From a phage: a stretch of 64,000 bases of DNA. The stretch lies in sequence record PZ496580.1; one strand, 5' to 3'. Numbering within the stretch: the first letter of the stretch is position 1; each line of letters opens with the position of its first letter. A program made the position numbers and the translations under genes. Under the pieces are notes generated by a model, which saw only the letters and a program-made list of their open reading frames with translations, ran no database searches and was not told the DNA's origin. Shown piece after piece: positions 9,931-18,025 of this stretch.

Positions 9931-10263
9931 TTACAGATGAAAACCTGTTACGATCACCGCGTCGATCATACCGCTAGGGATAAACGGTTCACCCTCTTTT
10001 ATCTCAACTTTGAATTGATGCCATTTCGCTAATACTTCTTCCGGTACACCCAGCGATTCGGCATCTGCTTTAGTTTCATCCATAATCCAACTAGGCTGCA
10101 TGAGAGCATAGTTTACATAGTCCATTTCTGGGGTCATGTCATCAATGTTAATATATTTGCAGTTGACGCGTTTCAGAATTTCAAATTCTTTATCATCAAC
10201 CTGTACCATGTACAATTCGGTAGTTTCTGGAATCAGTTCCCATACAATCAGTACATTTTTCAT
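9931..10263 (-). CDS. Hypothetical protein (110 aa)
   Basis: ORF in tightly packed minus-strand array. Confidence 0.5.
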   Translation of the reverse strand: MKNVLIVWELIPETTELYMVQVDDKEFEILKRVNCKYINIDDMTPEMDYVNYALMQPSWIMDETKADAESLGVPEEVLAKWHQFKVEIKEGEPFIPSGMIDAVIVTGFHL

Positions 10264-10271
10264 AGGTCACC

Positions 10272-10640
10272 TCACTTAACAAAGATTTTCTTTAATGCTT
10301 TCAGGATCGTTGCTTCCGGCGCTTCTTCCGGTGGAGGAAGCAATTCTACCACTTCCTCTTCCAACTCGATATAGTCTACCAGATATTCTACATAGAATGC
10401 AAGTGCTTCCATGAAATTAAATGCTACATCCGATTCACCACACGCTCCTACATGCATTGTATAAACATCACTGCGATCAAGTTTGTGGATACTGCCTAGA
10501 TAGTTCCGGTTATACCAGACTTCCCACACTTTCAGCTTTCCGGTTTTGGTTGCTGTTTTATAATCGGTTTCGTAGTGGTGCAATTGACGTTGCAGATCAT
10601 TGATAATAACACATTTTTCGTAATTGTTTTGAATTTCCAT
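10272..10640 (-). CDS. Hypothetical protein (122 aa)
   Basis: ORF in minus-strand array. Confidence 0.5.
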   Translation of the reverse strand: MEIQNNYEKCVIINDLQRQLHHYETDYKTATKTGKLKVWEVWYNRNYLGSIHKLDRSDVYTMHVGACGESDVAFNFMEALAFYVEYLVDYIELEEEVVELLPPPEEAPEATILKALKKIFVK

Positions 10641-10650
10641 GATGTAATCC

Positions 10651-10842
10651 TCACTTATCGTTAAGAAGTTCTAAAACTTTCTGTCGTACTTTGTCAATAT
10701 TAGTTGATTCAAAAACTGTACGGTATCCCCAGCTTTGACCGTATGACCGCGAGCAATCCCCATATCCCCATTGTTCAACCTGATAGTATTCAAGGAATGG
10801 ATGTTGCCGAACTATTATACCATCGCGATTAAAAATTACCAT
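10651..10842 (-). CDS. Hypothetical protein (63 aa)
   Basis: ORF in minus-strand array. Confidence 0.45.
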   Translation of the reverse strand: MVIFNRDGIIVRQHPFLEYYQVEQWGYGDCSRSYGQSWGYRTVFESTNIDKVRQKVLELLNDK

Positions 10843-10864
10843 AATATAATCCTCACGTCAAAAC

Positions 10865-11164
10865 TTATTTTCGGTTGTGGTCACGATATGTTTTAAAATA
10901 TCCCTCGTACCACGGTAAAACATCTGGATTTTTACCACTATACAGACTTTTAACCATCATGTCAATAAGACCGTCCGGTGTTTGATAATTACCAGCTTTT
11001 ATAAGCTCTCTGATTAAAATCTCTCTGTATATGTCTTTAGGATCTTCGTAATCAACTTGTATTGTGGTTGTTGTCTCGCTTAATTTGGTTTCTGGGGTAT
11101 CTTGCATCGCCTTCCACCAATCTTTTGTAATCTTCATGCTGTTGAATTTCATAATTATCTGCAC
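10865..11164 (-). CDS. Hypothetical protein (95-99 aa; start ambiguous, internal ATG at 11152)
   Basis: Track start at 11164 is GTG; ATG at 11152 lies 2 nt after the upstream stop. Confidence 0.5.
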   Translation of the reverse strand: MQIIMKFNSMKITKDWWKAMQDTPETKLSETTTTIQVDYEDPKDIYREILIRELIKAGNYQTPDGLIDMMVKSLYSGKNPDVLPWYEGYFKTYRDHNRK

Positions 11165-11925
11165 CCGTACTGGTCAACATAGATTTTAGAGTATCCTTGT
11201 TCGCGGACTTCTAAGCGAATGATATCGCTATCCTGTTCACGCCACACATAATACTTTTTATTTTCTTTCCAGCCGCTAAAAACGATCATTCCGTTGTCAT
11301 CAACTACTCGTTTTGTGTTTGCCTTATGCACATCATTATTGTCGATGTATGTAAAATGGATAATCTGACCATCTTTTACTTTCAGAGTCAATTCACCTGG
11401 ATTGTACTCTTTATAAAATGGCTGTGCTTTCGGCTTAGTGTTTGCTCCGTCGATATTTTTCCATTTAAAGTGAGATTCACATTGCAAGGTAAACTCGCTG
11501 GTTTGTGGTTTCTTTTCTTTCTTCGGTTGCTCTACCACTTTTTCTTCCTGTTTCGGTTGTTGTTCTTCGTCAACCTTAACGGAAGTCTCTGAATCGCTTT
11601 CTGACGCGGTTTCTTCTTTAGGTAATACATTCATCAAGTTTTGAATTTGAGCGTTATATACAGCCTCCAGTGGCTGAATCTGCCCGATATTGATCATAGT
11701 ATCACGAACAGTTTTATTCCAGTTGCGTTGCTCTTGTTTCAGAGACGGATCAATCTTAACAGCCTTAACATACACCTCATGAAGTTTCGAATCCAGTGCG
11801 GAGATTGACTCATTAGCACAAATAAACTTCTCTGATTTGGTAGTAGCTTTAGCGCAATCAAAGGACGCAGCATTGGCACCGAAAGCAGTAGCGGAAAGAA
11901 CGATAGCAGCGATAATGTTTTTCAT
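11155..11925 (-). CDS. Secreted DUF1311/LprI-like protein (256 aa) with signal peptide
   Basis: N-terminal MKNIIAAIVLSATAFGANA signal peptide, then FDCAKATTKSEKFICANESISALDSKLHEVY...QRNWNKTVRD, the pattern of the DUF1311 lysozyme-inhibitor LprI N-domain. Confidence 0.6.
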   Translation of the reverse strand: MKNIIAAIVLSATAFGANAASFDCAKATTKSEKFICANESISALDSKLHEVYVKAVKIDPSLKQEQRNWNKTVRDTMINIGQIQPLEAVYNAQIQNLMNVLPKEETASESDSETSVKVDEEQQPKQEEKVVEQPKKEKKPQTSEFTLQCESHFKWKNIDGANTKPKAQPFYKEYNPGELTLKVKDGQIIHFTYIDNNDVHKANTKRVVDDNGMIVFSGWKENKKYYVWREQDSDIIRLEVREQGYSKIYVDQYGCR

Positions 11926-11959
11926 AATATATTCCTCAATGTTTTGTCTTGATGGGAGT

Positions 11960-11988
11960 ATCTTACTACTCCCTTAATCCGGTGTCAA
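11960..11988 (-). promoter_or_regulatory. sigma70-type early promoter cassette (TTGACA-N17-TAAGAT) with inverted repeat GGGAGTA-N6-TACTCCC over the -10
   Basis: Plus-strand tgtcaa at 11983-11988; palindrome at 11954-11973. Confidence 0.6.
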
Positions 11989-11995
11989 CTACTTT

Positions 11996-12151
11996 TTAAA
12001 TTTCTTCTACAGTAAAGTCTTCAATGTTGTTGTGCTCTGCGAACGTTGCCAGACCAGCATCCCACGCATCATCCTCAGAGAAGAATACACCGTAACGTTC
12101 ATATCCTTTAGCGCCTTCAAATTTAACCATTAATTTGTGAGTATGTTTCAT
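11996..12151 (-). CDS. Hypothetical protein (51 aa from ATG at 12151; track start 12211 is an upstream alternative)
   Basis: ATG at 12151 preceded by AGGAG. Confidence 0.5.
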   Translation of the reverse strand: MKHTHKLMVKFEGAKGYERYGVFFSEDDAWDAGLATFAEHNNIEDFTVEEI

Positions 12152-12220
12152 TTTGATTCTCCTTCGTTGTCTTGATGAGTTCATTATAGGGGATCTGCGA
12201 TCCCCTGTCAATAACTATTT

Positions 12221-12433
12221 TTAATTTTTACCCGCTCGTGCATTAATACGCATTTTCTGCATAGCCATGATCTGGCTTACTGCTTCTTCTTTACGTTCTT
12301 GCGTGATAACGTGACCAGATTCCGCAAACTCTCCCGCAACTTCTTCTACGATCTCGCGAACTTGAGAACGTCCAAAGATGCGGTTTCCTTCGTAGCTCAT
12401 AAACTCTGTTACTACTTGCTCGATAGATTTCAT
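12221..12433 (-). CDS. Hypothetical protein (70 aa)
   Basis: ORF with SD AAGGAGAAT upstream. Confidence 0.5.
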   Translation of the reverse strand: MKSIEQVVTEFMSYEGNRIFGRSQVREIVEEVAGEFAESGHVITQERKEEAVSQIMAMQKMRINARAGKN

Positions 12434-12462
12434 GTGATTCTCCTTTTGTTTGGTATGGGAGT

Positions 12463-12491
12463 ATGTTACTACTCCCTTATCTTTACGTCAA
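12463..12491 (-). promoter_or_regulatory. Early promoter cassette (TTGACG-N17-TAACAT) with GGGAGTA-N6-TACTCCC palindrome
   Basis: Same module as 11960..11988; palindrome at 12457-12476. Confidence 0.55.
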
Positions 12492-12498
12492 CTAGTTT

Positions 12499-12741
12499 TT
12501 AGAAATTTTTCGCTTCTTCTTCGGTCATCATAACCGCGCATTCGTGCATAACTTTGAAAACCGGATCAATCATGTCGAATGCTTCGCGAGACAATTTACG
12601 AGAAGCGATTTTGATTGCTTCATCGTCTTCGACTACAGGAACAAAAACAGTTTTCAGTTCATCGAGAATGGCAGCTTCTTTTTCATTCAGGAAGATACCA
12701 GCGTCATACAGTGCAACTTCGATAACATTAACTTTAACCAT
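12499..12741 (-). CDS. Hypothetical protein (80 aa)
   Basis: ORF in minus-strand array. Confidence 0.5.
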   Translation of the reverse strand: MVKVNVIEVALYDAGIFLNEKEAAILDELKTVFVPVVEDDEAIKIASRKLSREAFDMIDPVFKVMHECAVMMTEEEAKNF

Positions 12742-12774
12742 TTTAATTCCTCCAGTTCGTTTCGGTATGGGAGT

Positions 12775-12803
12775 ATAATACTACCGATGACCTTTGGCGT
12801 CAA
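12775..12803 (-). promoter_or_regulatory. Early promoter cassette (TTGACG-N17-TATTAT), degenerate palindrome
   Basis: Plus cgtcaa at 12798-12803; GGGAGTATAATACTACC at 12759-12775. Confidence 0.45.
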
Positions 12804-13005
12804 CTGCTTTTTTATTATTTTCGTGAAAATTTTTCGTCGCCTCATGTGCTTTTCGCTGGGCTTCTTGTTGTGCTTGCTGGCGTGCTGCCTCTTGCGATGC
12901 CATAACAGACGCATTTGCAGCAGTTACAGCCGCGACCATCGCTGCGGTATTGGCATTTACAGTACATGCGCTCGCCAACAAAGCAATCGCAATCATTTTC
13001 TTCAT
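12781..13005 (-). CDS. Small secreted Ala/Gln-rich protein (74 aa) with signal peptide
   Basis: MKKMIAIALLASACTVNA signal-peptide-like N-terminus. Confidence 0.5.
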   Translation of the reverse strand: MKKMIAIALLASACTVNANTAAMVAAVTAANASVMASQEAARQQAQQEAQRKAHEATKNFHENNKKAVDAKGHR

Positions 13006-13241
13006 AGTTTCCCCTTTATGTTATCTTCGACCTTCATCCATTCCGCGTATTCTTGCGCGGCTACTTTCGGATTTAGTCCGTCTTCGTACATTGCTTCAAG
13101 TAATTCTTCGTCGGTGGGCTTATACCCTAGATAAGCCTCCACCTGATTTTTCCAAATTTTATACCAGTTCATATTATCACCAGTCAAGAGCGCGTGTCTC
13201 TGCGTCTTCCCATGCTTGATCCATAACAGCCTTAAAAACAT
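13002..13241 (-). CDS. Hypothetical protein (79 aa)
   Basis: ORF; ATGA start/stop overlap with downstream ORF. Confidence 0.5.
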   Translation of the reverse strand: MFLRLLWIKHGKTQRHALLTGDNMNWYKIWKNQVEAYLGYKPTDEELLEAMYEDGLNPKVAAQEYAEWMKVEDNIKGKL

Positions 13242-13449
13242 ATTCTAAGGTATCATCTTTCGAGAATCCGAAGACCTTAGACGGAATATCTTCAATTGCT
13301 ACTCCAGCAACTTCCGCATTACGAGCCTGACAATAATGCAACTCTAAGTTATCGAGATAGCGACCGCCTAATTTCTCCATATCATCCCAACATTTCCAGT
13401 AACCTACTTTATCGGCAATTGCTAACACTTTGCTGTTTTCGTTGCTCAT
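13177..13449 (-). CDS. Hypothetical protein (90 aa from ATG at 13449; track start 13509)
   Basis: ATG at 13449 preceded by AGGAG; the track start would overlap the promoter cassette. Confidence 0.5.
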   Translation of the reverse strand: MSNENSKVLAIADKVGYWKCWDDMEKLGGRYLDNLELHYCQARNAEVAGVAIEDIPSKVFGFSKDDTLEYVFKAVMDQAWEDAETRALDW

Positions 13450-13480
13450 CTTTGATTCTCCTTTCGTTTGGTGTGGGAGT

Positions 13481-13509
13481 ATGTTACTACTCCCATTATT
13501 CAGTGTCAA
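13481..13509 (-). promoter_or_regulatory. Early promoter cassette (TTGACA-N17-TAACAT) with GGGAGTA-N6-TACTCCC palindrome
   Basis: Plus tgtcaa at 13504-13509; palindrome at 13475-13494. Confidence 0.55.
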
Positions 13510-13515
13510 TAGATT

Positions 13516-13722
13516 TTATTCGATTATTTCAAATTTTGCTACCGGATCACCGTTTCGTTTGGTTGCGGTAAGTTGTTGTTTGTCAAAGTAAAACCAAATA
13601 TAGTCACCATGAACTACATCAAATGTGTTTCCGTTATTGTTCGTGAATACATCAACATCATAATCACACCCGACACTAAAGCTATAATTGATGTGATCGG
13701 TTTCAATGCAACGTACTTTCAT
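13516..13722 (-). CDS. Hypothetical protein (68 aa from ATG at 13722; track start 13785)
   Basis: ATG at 13722 preceded by AGGAG. Confidence 0.5.
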   Translation of the reverse strand: MKVRCIETDHINYSFSVGCDYDVDVFTNNNGNTFDVVHGDYIWFYFDKQQLTATKRNGDPVAKFEIIE

Positions 13723-13753
13723 TTTTGAATCTCCTTTTTGTTTCACTGTGTGT

Positions 13754-13782
13754 ATTATGCGGTGCTGGATTATGGAAGTCAA
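13754..13782 (-). promoter_or_regulatory. sigma70-type promoter (TTGACT-N17-CATAAT)
   Basis: Immediately downstream of the terminator at 13791..13822. Confidence 0.45.
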
Positions 13783-13790
13783 CAACTTTT

Positions 13791-13822
13791 TAAAATAAAA
13801 AAGCCGACCACAAGGATCGGCT
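13791..13822 (-). terminator. Rho-independent terminator after ORF 13833..14228
   Basis: Minus strand GCCGATCC-TTGTG-GTCGGC hairpin followed by TTTTTTATTTT. Confidence 0.65.
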
Positions 13823-13832
13823 TAATAATCAG

Positions 13833-14228
13833 TTACTTACTAAATTTCTTTTTGGCTTCGTCTACTGCATGAGATGCCAGTACCGCCGCCGCATGTGCAT
13901 TTTTATCTGTGTTGCAGAGAACACCCAGATAAACATCACGCCAAAGTTTAATCATCTCGTAGATCATATCAATATCATTTTCTTGTTTGTTGGCGATGCT
14001 ATTCGTCGTTATCTGGTAAGGTAACGGCTTGATCTGTACTGGTTCCGCCATCGGGCTAATAGGTTTCGGATCGGTCATAATAGGTGCTGTTGTCGGTGAT
14101 GTTTTCCATACGTCATTATTCCACGGTTTAACGGTTGTACCGTATATTTTATAAGGATTTTTGTCTGGATCAACCATCCATGTATGATGAATACCTAAAC
14201 CATTTGAAGTAATGCGTCGCTCAGTCAT
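13833..14228 (-). CDS. Hypothetical protein (131 aa)
   Basis: ORF in minus-strand array. Confidence 0.5.
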   Translation of the reverse strand: MTERRITSNGLGIHHTWMVDPDKNPYKIYGTTVKPWNNDVWKTSPTTAPIMTDPKPISPMAEPVQIKPLPYQITTNSIANKQENDIDMIYEMIKLWRDVYLGVLCNTDKNAHAAAVLASHAVDEAKKKFSK

Positions 14229-14433
14229 GTTTTACCCCCTCTGATAATTCTTTCATCCAATAATCTATCGTTGCTCTGTGTTCTGGTGTGTTTGTTATCC
14301 CTGCGAACTTGTTCAGAGATTCAATATTGATCCGGTTGGCTTCTTCCATAGTCTCAACGACCATTGGTACAATCTTTTCATTGTTGTACACGAAAGCCAC
14401 ATAACCACCTACGGGATATTCTTTCATAATCAA
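14221..14433 (-). CDS. Hypothetical protein (70 aa)
   Basis: ORF overlapping the gp52 stop. Confidence 0.5.
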   Translation of the reverse strand: MIMKEYPVGGYVAFVYNNEKIVPMVVETMEEANRINIESLNKFAGITNTPEHRATIDYWMKELSEGVKHD

Positions 14434-15791
14434 CCCTTCTTAAGTTCTTTAAGATCCTTCTTATATTCCTTCATTGCGGTCGTCTTTGTCCAATACTCAT
14501 ATTCACTATGATGTTTATCGGCATCTTTGACCAGTCGATCATACTCTTCTTGAGTAACGCTATACAATGGCATAGAAACGAGCTTATCGGCGTATGAACG
14601 CAGTTTTTCATGTCCATTGATGGATTGCATTACCTCGGCCTTTTTCTTTCCCTGTAGCTCGATTTCGCCCTTAATTACGCGATCGATAAATTCGGCTTTA
14701 GCCATTGCATAATTGTATGCTTCCAGCGTTTCCGCTTGCATCAATTCAATGCGTTTATCGACATACCATAAGCGGATTTCGACGAATCGACGAATCAGGT
14801 CGCTAGCTTTCTCGAATACTTCAACTAAACCACGTTCATTAACCACTACGATATTCTGGGCTACTAACTGCGTTAGTTTAAAATCCTTCATGATTTGCTC
14901 ATGTCGAGCGGATTCATCTTCGCTTTTGAAATAATCGCGTTTCAGTGTTACTTCAAATCTAAATCCATCCTTAGAGCAACGGTCATTATATGAGACAATC
15001 AGATCTTTTTCTTCCAGTGCATCCAGTACCGCTACATATTCTTCACGGTCGAACTTATAAGGAACTTCTGATATTGTCAGTTTAGTCTTGCCGTTTAGTT
15101 CATATGTACCCTCAAGAATGACACCATCGCGGTCATCACGCGGGATAACTTTACCGGTGAATTTTGGGAATTGAACACTAGGTTCTTTATCCAGTTTTCC
15201 GGCAAGTGCTAGCTCTGTGCATTCAATGAGGCTTTCCAGTGAATGCGGTAAAATGTCAGTTTTATACCCTGTAGCAATACCACTAATACCATTAGCCAAT
15301 ACCATTGGCACAACTGGCAAGTAGAACGCTGGCGGGATGTGTTCCAGATCTTCGTGCTTAGGTGCGCAATTCATATCTTTATAGATTTTAAAGAAGTTTT
15401 CATGCACACGAGCAAAGATATAACGTGCCGCGCCTGCTTTCTGGACTAAACGCGAACCGAAGTTACCTTGACCGTCAAGCAGTGGAGTATTATTGCTCCA
15501 TGTATTCGCCATGAGTGATCCGGCTTCTACGGCATTAGTTTCGCCGTGGTGATACCCCAATTCAGCAACACCAGATCCAATATCTGCCATCTTACGGAAT
15601 TTCTTACGGTCGCCTTTACTCTTTTGCAAAGCACATTCCATAACAAAGCGTTGCACTGGTTTAAGCCCATCCACTAATTGAGGAATCCCGCGTTCCTCGG
15701 CAGAATAGATCGCATATTCCTTAGCTTCATTATGTACAATGCTTTCAAGGCTGCGGTAAGTAACTGATTTATTCATCTTCACCTCATACAC
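14430..15791 (-). CDS. 52: DNA topoisomerase II medium subunit gp52 (GyrA-like)
   Basis: GLKPVQRFV, GYHHGE and LLDGQGNFGSR motifs match remembered T4 gp52; 453 aa vs 442 aa. Confidence 0.9.
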   Translation of the reverse strand: MYEVKMNKSVTYRSLESIVHNEAKEYAIYSAEERGIPQLVDGLKPVQRFVMECALQKSKGDRKKFRKMADIGSGVAELGYHHGETNAVEAGSLMANTWSNNTPLLDGQGNFGSRLVQKAGAARYIFARVHENFFKIYKDMNCAPKHEDLEHIPPAFYLPVVPMVLANGISGIATGYKTDILPHSLESLIECTELALAGKLDKEPSVQFPKFTGKVIPRDDRDGVILEGTYELNGKTKLTISEVPYKFDREEYVAVLDALEEKDLIVSYNDRCSKDGFRFEVTLKRDYFKSEDESARHEQIMKDFKLTQLVAQNIVVVNERGLVEVFEKASDLIRRFVEIRLWYVDKRIELMQAETLEAYNYAMAKAEFIDRVIKGEIELQGKKKAEVMQSINGHEKLRSYADKLVSMPLYSVTQEEYDRLVKDADKHHSEYEYWTKTTAMKEYKKDLKELKKG

Positions 15792-16146
15792 GCTTACAAA
15801 TCACATTCTTTACTTTATCAGATTTATCAGCCCAATCCAATAGCCATTTTAACGGAAGGATTGAAACAATAAACGGGGTAGCAATCAAAGCAAACATGAT
15901 ACACCGGATAATCAGGAAAGCGCAAGTAACAAAGCTAGCGATAGCGATCCCGACAAAACAAAATACCATAGAAAACAGAGTAATGATATAGAAAGGCCAA
16001 AATACCCACTCCCGCATCTTAACGCCTTTGTATTCTCTGAATTGCTTAAAATCTACAAACAACTCTCGGATAGACGCGTACAGGACCGAAAAATCATCTT
16101 TCATTGCTCTGAATGAGCAATCTTCTATTTTAGAATGACCTAGCAT
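15784..16146 (-). CDS. Hypothetical membrane protein (120 aa, 2-3 TM helices)
   Basis: Long hydrophobic stretches (WVFWPFYIITLFSMVFCFVGIAIASFV...). Sits where T4 has ac/stp. Confidence 0.5.
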   Translation of the reverse strand: MLGHSKIEDCSFRAMKDDFSVLYASIRELFVDFKQFREYKGVKMREWVFWPFYIITLFSMVFCFVGIAIASFVTCAFLIIRCIMFALIATPFIVSILPLKWLLDWADKSDKVKNVICKRV

Positions 16147-16148
16147 TA

Positions 16149-16442
16149 TTAACCGCCTTTCATCATTGATACTGGAATTGTTTTCTGATTTGTGTATAAT
16201 TGGCCTACTTCAATTTTTTCTTGAATCACCACAACGTTACAATAACCACTGTCTTTAAGTTTTCTGATAATGACTCTCTTTTGTTCGTCGGTGATAGGAT
16301 TGACTGTTCTCACCAATTCACCGCAAATAATAGCACCATCTTTACAATTACCAGTAACTTTCATGCTACGACCGTGAACAACAACCACATCACCGTAAAT
16401 CACATTTTCGTCGTCGTATTTGGTAATAATCGTGACCGTCAT
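16149..16442 (-). CDS. Hypothetical protein (97 aa)
   Basis: ORF with SD GAGGGAA before ATG. Confidence 0.5.
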   Translation of the reverse strand: MTVTIITKYDDENVIYGDVVVVHGRSMKVTGNCKDGAIICGELVRTVNPITDEQKRVIIRKLKDSGYCNVVVIQEKIEVGQLYTNQKTIPVSMMKGG

Positions 16443-16487
16443 AATGTATTCCCTCTAAGAAAGGCCGCGCAAAGCGGCCTATGTTGA

Positions 16488-16814
16488 TTATTGTTCTACA
16501 GTATAACCGTTGTTTTCAAGCCATGCAATAACAATCTTTTCGCCAATTTCATCGAGCATTTCATCAGAGCCATATTCTTTGATGAAAATCGATGGGTCAT
16601 TATTGCTTACTACGTGCTGGATCACAACATGTTCAGGAATTGCGTCTAGCAGTTCGCTATGATCATACTCATTAACGATATCTTCAACACTAACATTATT
16701 AACCAAATCAACATCATCCATAGTCACAGTAACGCGACCGGACGGACGCAATGAATATTGGCTACTTTCAACTTCAACATGTGCACTTTCGCAAGTAACT
16801 TTCATATCAACCAT
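16488..16814 (-). CDS. Hypothetical acidic protein (108 aa)
   Basis: ORF immediately downstream of rIIB. Confidence 0.5.
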   Translation of the reverse strand: MVDMKVTCESAHVEVESSQYSLRPSGRVTVTMDDVDLVNNVSVEDIVNEYDHSELLDAIPEHVVIQHVVSNNDPSIFIKEYGSDEMLDEIGEKIVIAWLENNGYTVEQ

Positions 16815-16828
16815 AATTAATTCCTCTG

Positions 16829-17830
16829 TTAGTAATGGCTAAAACCTTCGGTTACATCTTCAACCACATAGTAACGATGACAGCGCATTTTGGCATTCGC
16901 ATAATCTTTCGGGATACTTACAACGTGACGCGGATCAACTTTACATTTAATGATTCGGCCTCGTCCACCGCCATAGTGCGGAATATAGTGTTTCGCTGCA
17001 ACGTGGAGGCCATTAGAGCAAGTACGGTCATCATCGGGGTCCACGTCTTTACGCTTCATTTTAACCGTGCGCCCTGGGCTATTATCAAACGTATGCGTAA
17101 AGAAATCTTTATAATCAACATCAACACGTTTCCATGCATAGAAACAACCATCTTCCCCGATCTCAATGTCGTTGTGCTCTAAGAAGTCAAACAGACGATC
17201 TACCGCCTTACGGCTAGGGTTTTTCTTGCACTTCTCAAAGAAGTTCAGATAGTGCGTATATGGCTTATTCTCTTTAATCGACTCCACAACTCGACGAGTC
17301 AGATTATTATCAAGAACAATATTATGATAATACACAATACCATTTTCGATACGGAAAGCGCCGTGATAATATACTTCAACCGCTTTCTTAATGTCAATCA
17401 GCGTAATTGCTTTAATGAAATCATTCTGCTTAACTGCCTCCAGTGCTTCATTAAAGTTAACATGCGACGGATCAGCAGTATAAACAATGTCACCACATGT
17501 AATAGTAATAAATTTAGATGAGGCTATTGCTACGATTTTTGAGGAAGTAGTCACGGGCTTTTTTGCGCGTTCACCGCCTTTTCCTTTACTGGTTTTACGT
17601 CGTGCTTTACGTTTTTCTAGTGCCTTGCGACCTTCCGCTACTGCGTCTTTCTGAATCAGTAATACACGGGAGGCAGTACGACGAGATACACCAAATGCTG
17701 CCGCAAGTGCTTCGCGGGTAGTAAACTTACCCTCACCCCACTGTTTAGCCAGTTTGATTTGTTTTGCAGAGTCCAGACATTGAACGTTACGGTCAGAGAC
17801 GGTGATTTTTGCTTTAGTCATAGTATTCAT
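16829..17830 (-). CDS. rIIB: rIIB protein (333 aa)
   Basis: C-terminal RLFDFLEHNDIEIGEDGCFYAWK...SIPKDYANAKMRCHRYYVVEDVTEGF matches remembered T4 rIIB; N-terminal HTH TTREALAAAFGVSRRTASRVL. Confidence 0.85.
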   Translation of the reverse strand: MNTMTKAKITVSDRNVQCLDSAKQIKLAKQWGEGKFTTREALAAAFGVSRRTASRVLLIQKDAVAEGRKALEKRKARRKTSKGKGGERAKKPVTTSSKIVAIASSKFITITCGDIVYTADPSHVNFNEALEAVKQNDFIKAITLIDIKKAVEVYYHGAFRIENGIVYYHNIVLDNNLTRRVVESIKENKPYTHYLNFFEKCKKNPSRKAVDRLFDFLEHNDIEIGEDGCFYAWKRVDVDYKDFFTHTFDNSPGRTVKMKRKDVDPDDDRTCSNGLHVAAKHYIPHYGGGRGRIIKCKVDPRHVVSIPKDYANAKMRCHRYYVVEDVTEGFSHY

Positions 17831-17870
17831 TCCTCTATTAGTGGGCGACTCTCGCCGCCCGATTCACATC

Positions 17871-17880
17871 ATTATACCAG
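17871..17880 (-). promoter_or_regulatory. Extended -10 promoter (TGgTATAAT) in front of rIIB, followed by a short stem-loop (17843-17860)
   Basis: Minus strand cTGgTATAATg directly after the stop of the small HTH ORF; GGCGA-CTC-TCGCC hairpin; then SD AGAGGAA. Confidence 0.4.
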
Positions 17881-17882
17881 AA

Positions 17883-18014
17883 TTATTTTGCTTCTACAAC
17901 CTTGCGGATTGTGCGGTCTGATACATTATAGATTCGTGCCAGTTCGCCTTTAGTCAAGCCGCGAGCGTATTGTTTACGGATGGTTTCTTTCTGGATAGCG
18001 GTCAGTTTAGTCAT
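17883..18014 (-). CDS. Small HTH protein (43 aa) resembling the N-terminal HTH of T4 rIIB
   Basis: Not in ORF track (<60 aa). ATG at 18014 preceded by GAGGTGA 11 nt after the rIIA stop. MTKLTAIQKETIRKQYARGLTKGELARIYNVSDRTIRKVVEAK aligns with remembered T4 rIIB N-terminus ...YTQQELADWQGVSVDTIRRVLKNAEEAK. Confidence 0.55.
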   Translation of the reverse strand: MTKLTAIQKETIRKQYARGLTKGELARIYNVSDRTIRKVVEAK

Positions 18015-18025
18015 AATATCACCTC

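Noticed and set aside
12544-13134. Plus-strand 196-aa ORF and other plus-strand ORFs within 9000-64000 (for example 16200-16487, 21619-22038, 45279-45791, 57935-58306)
   Set aside because: They run antisense to a continuous, translationally coupled minus-strand gene array containing confirmed T4 homologues; low-complexity translations.
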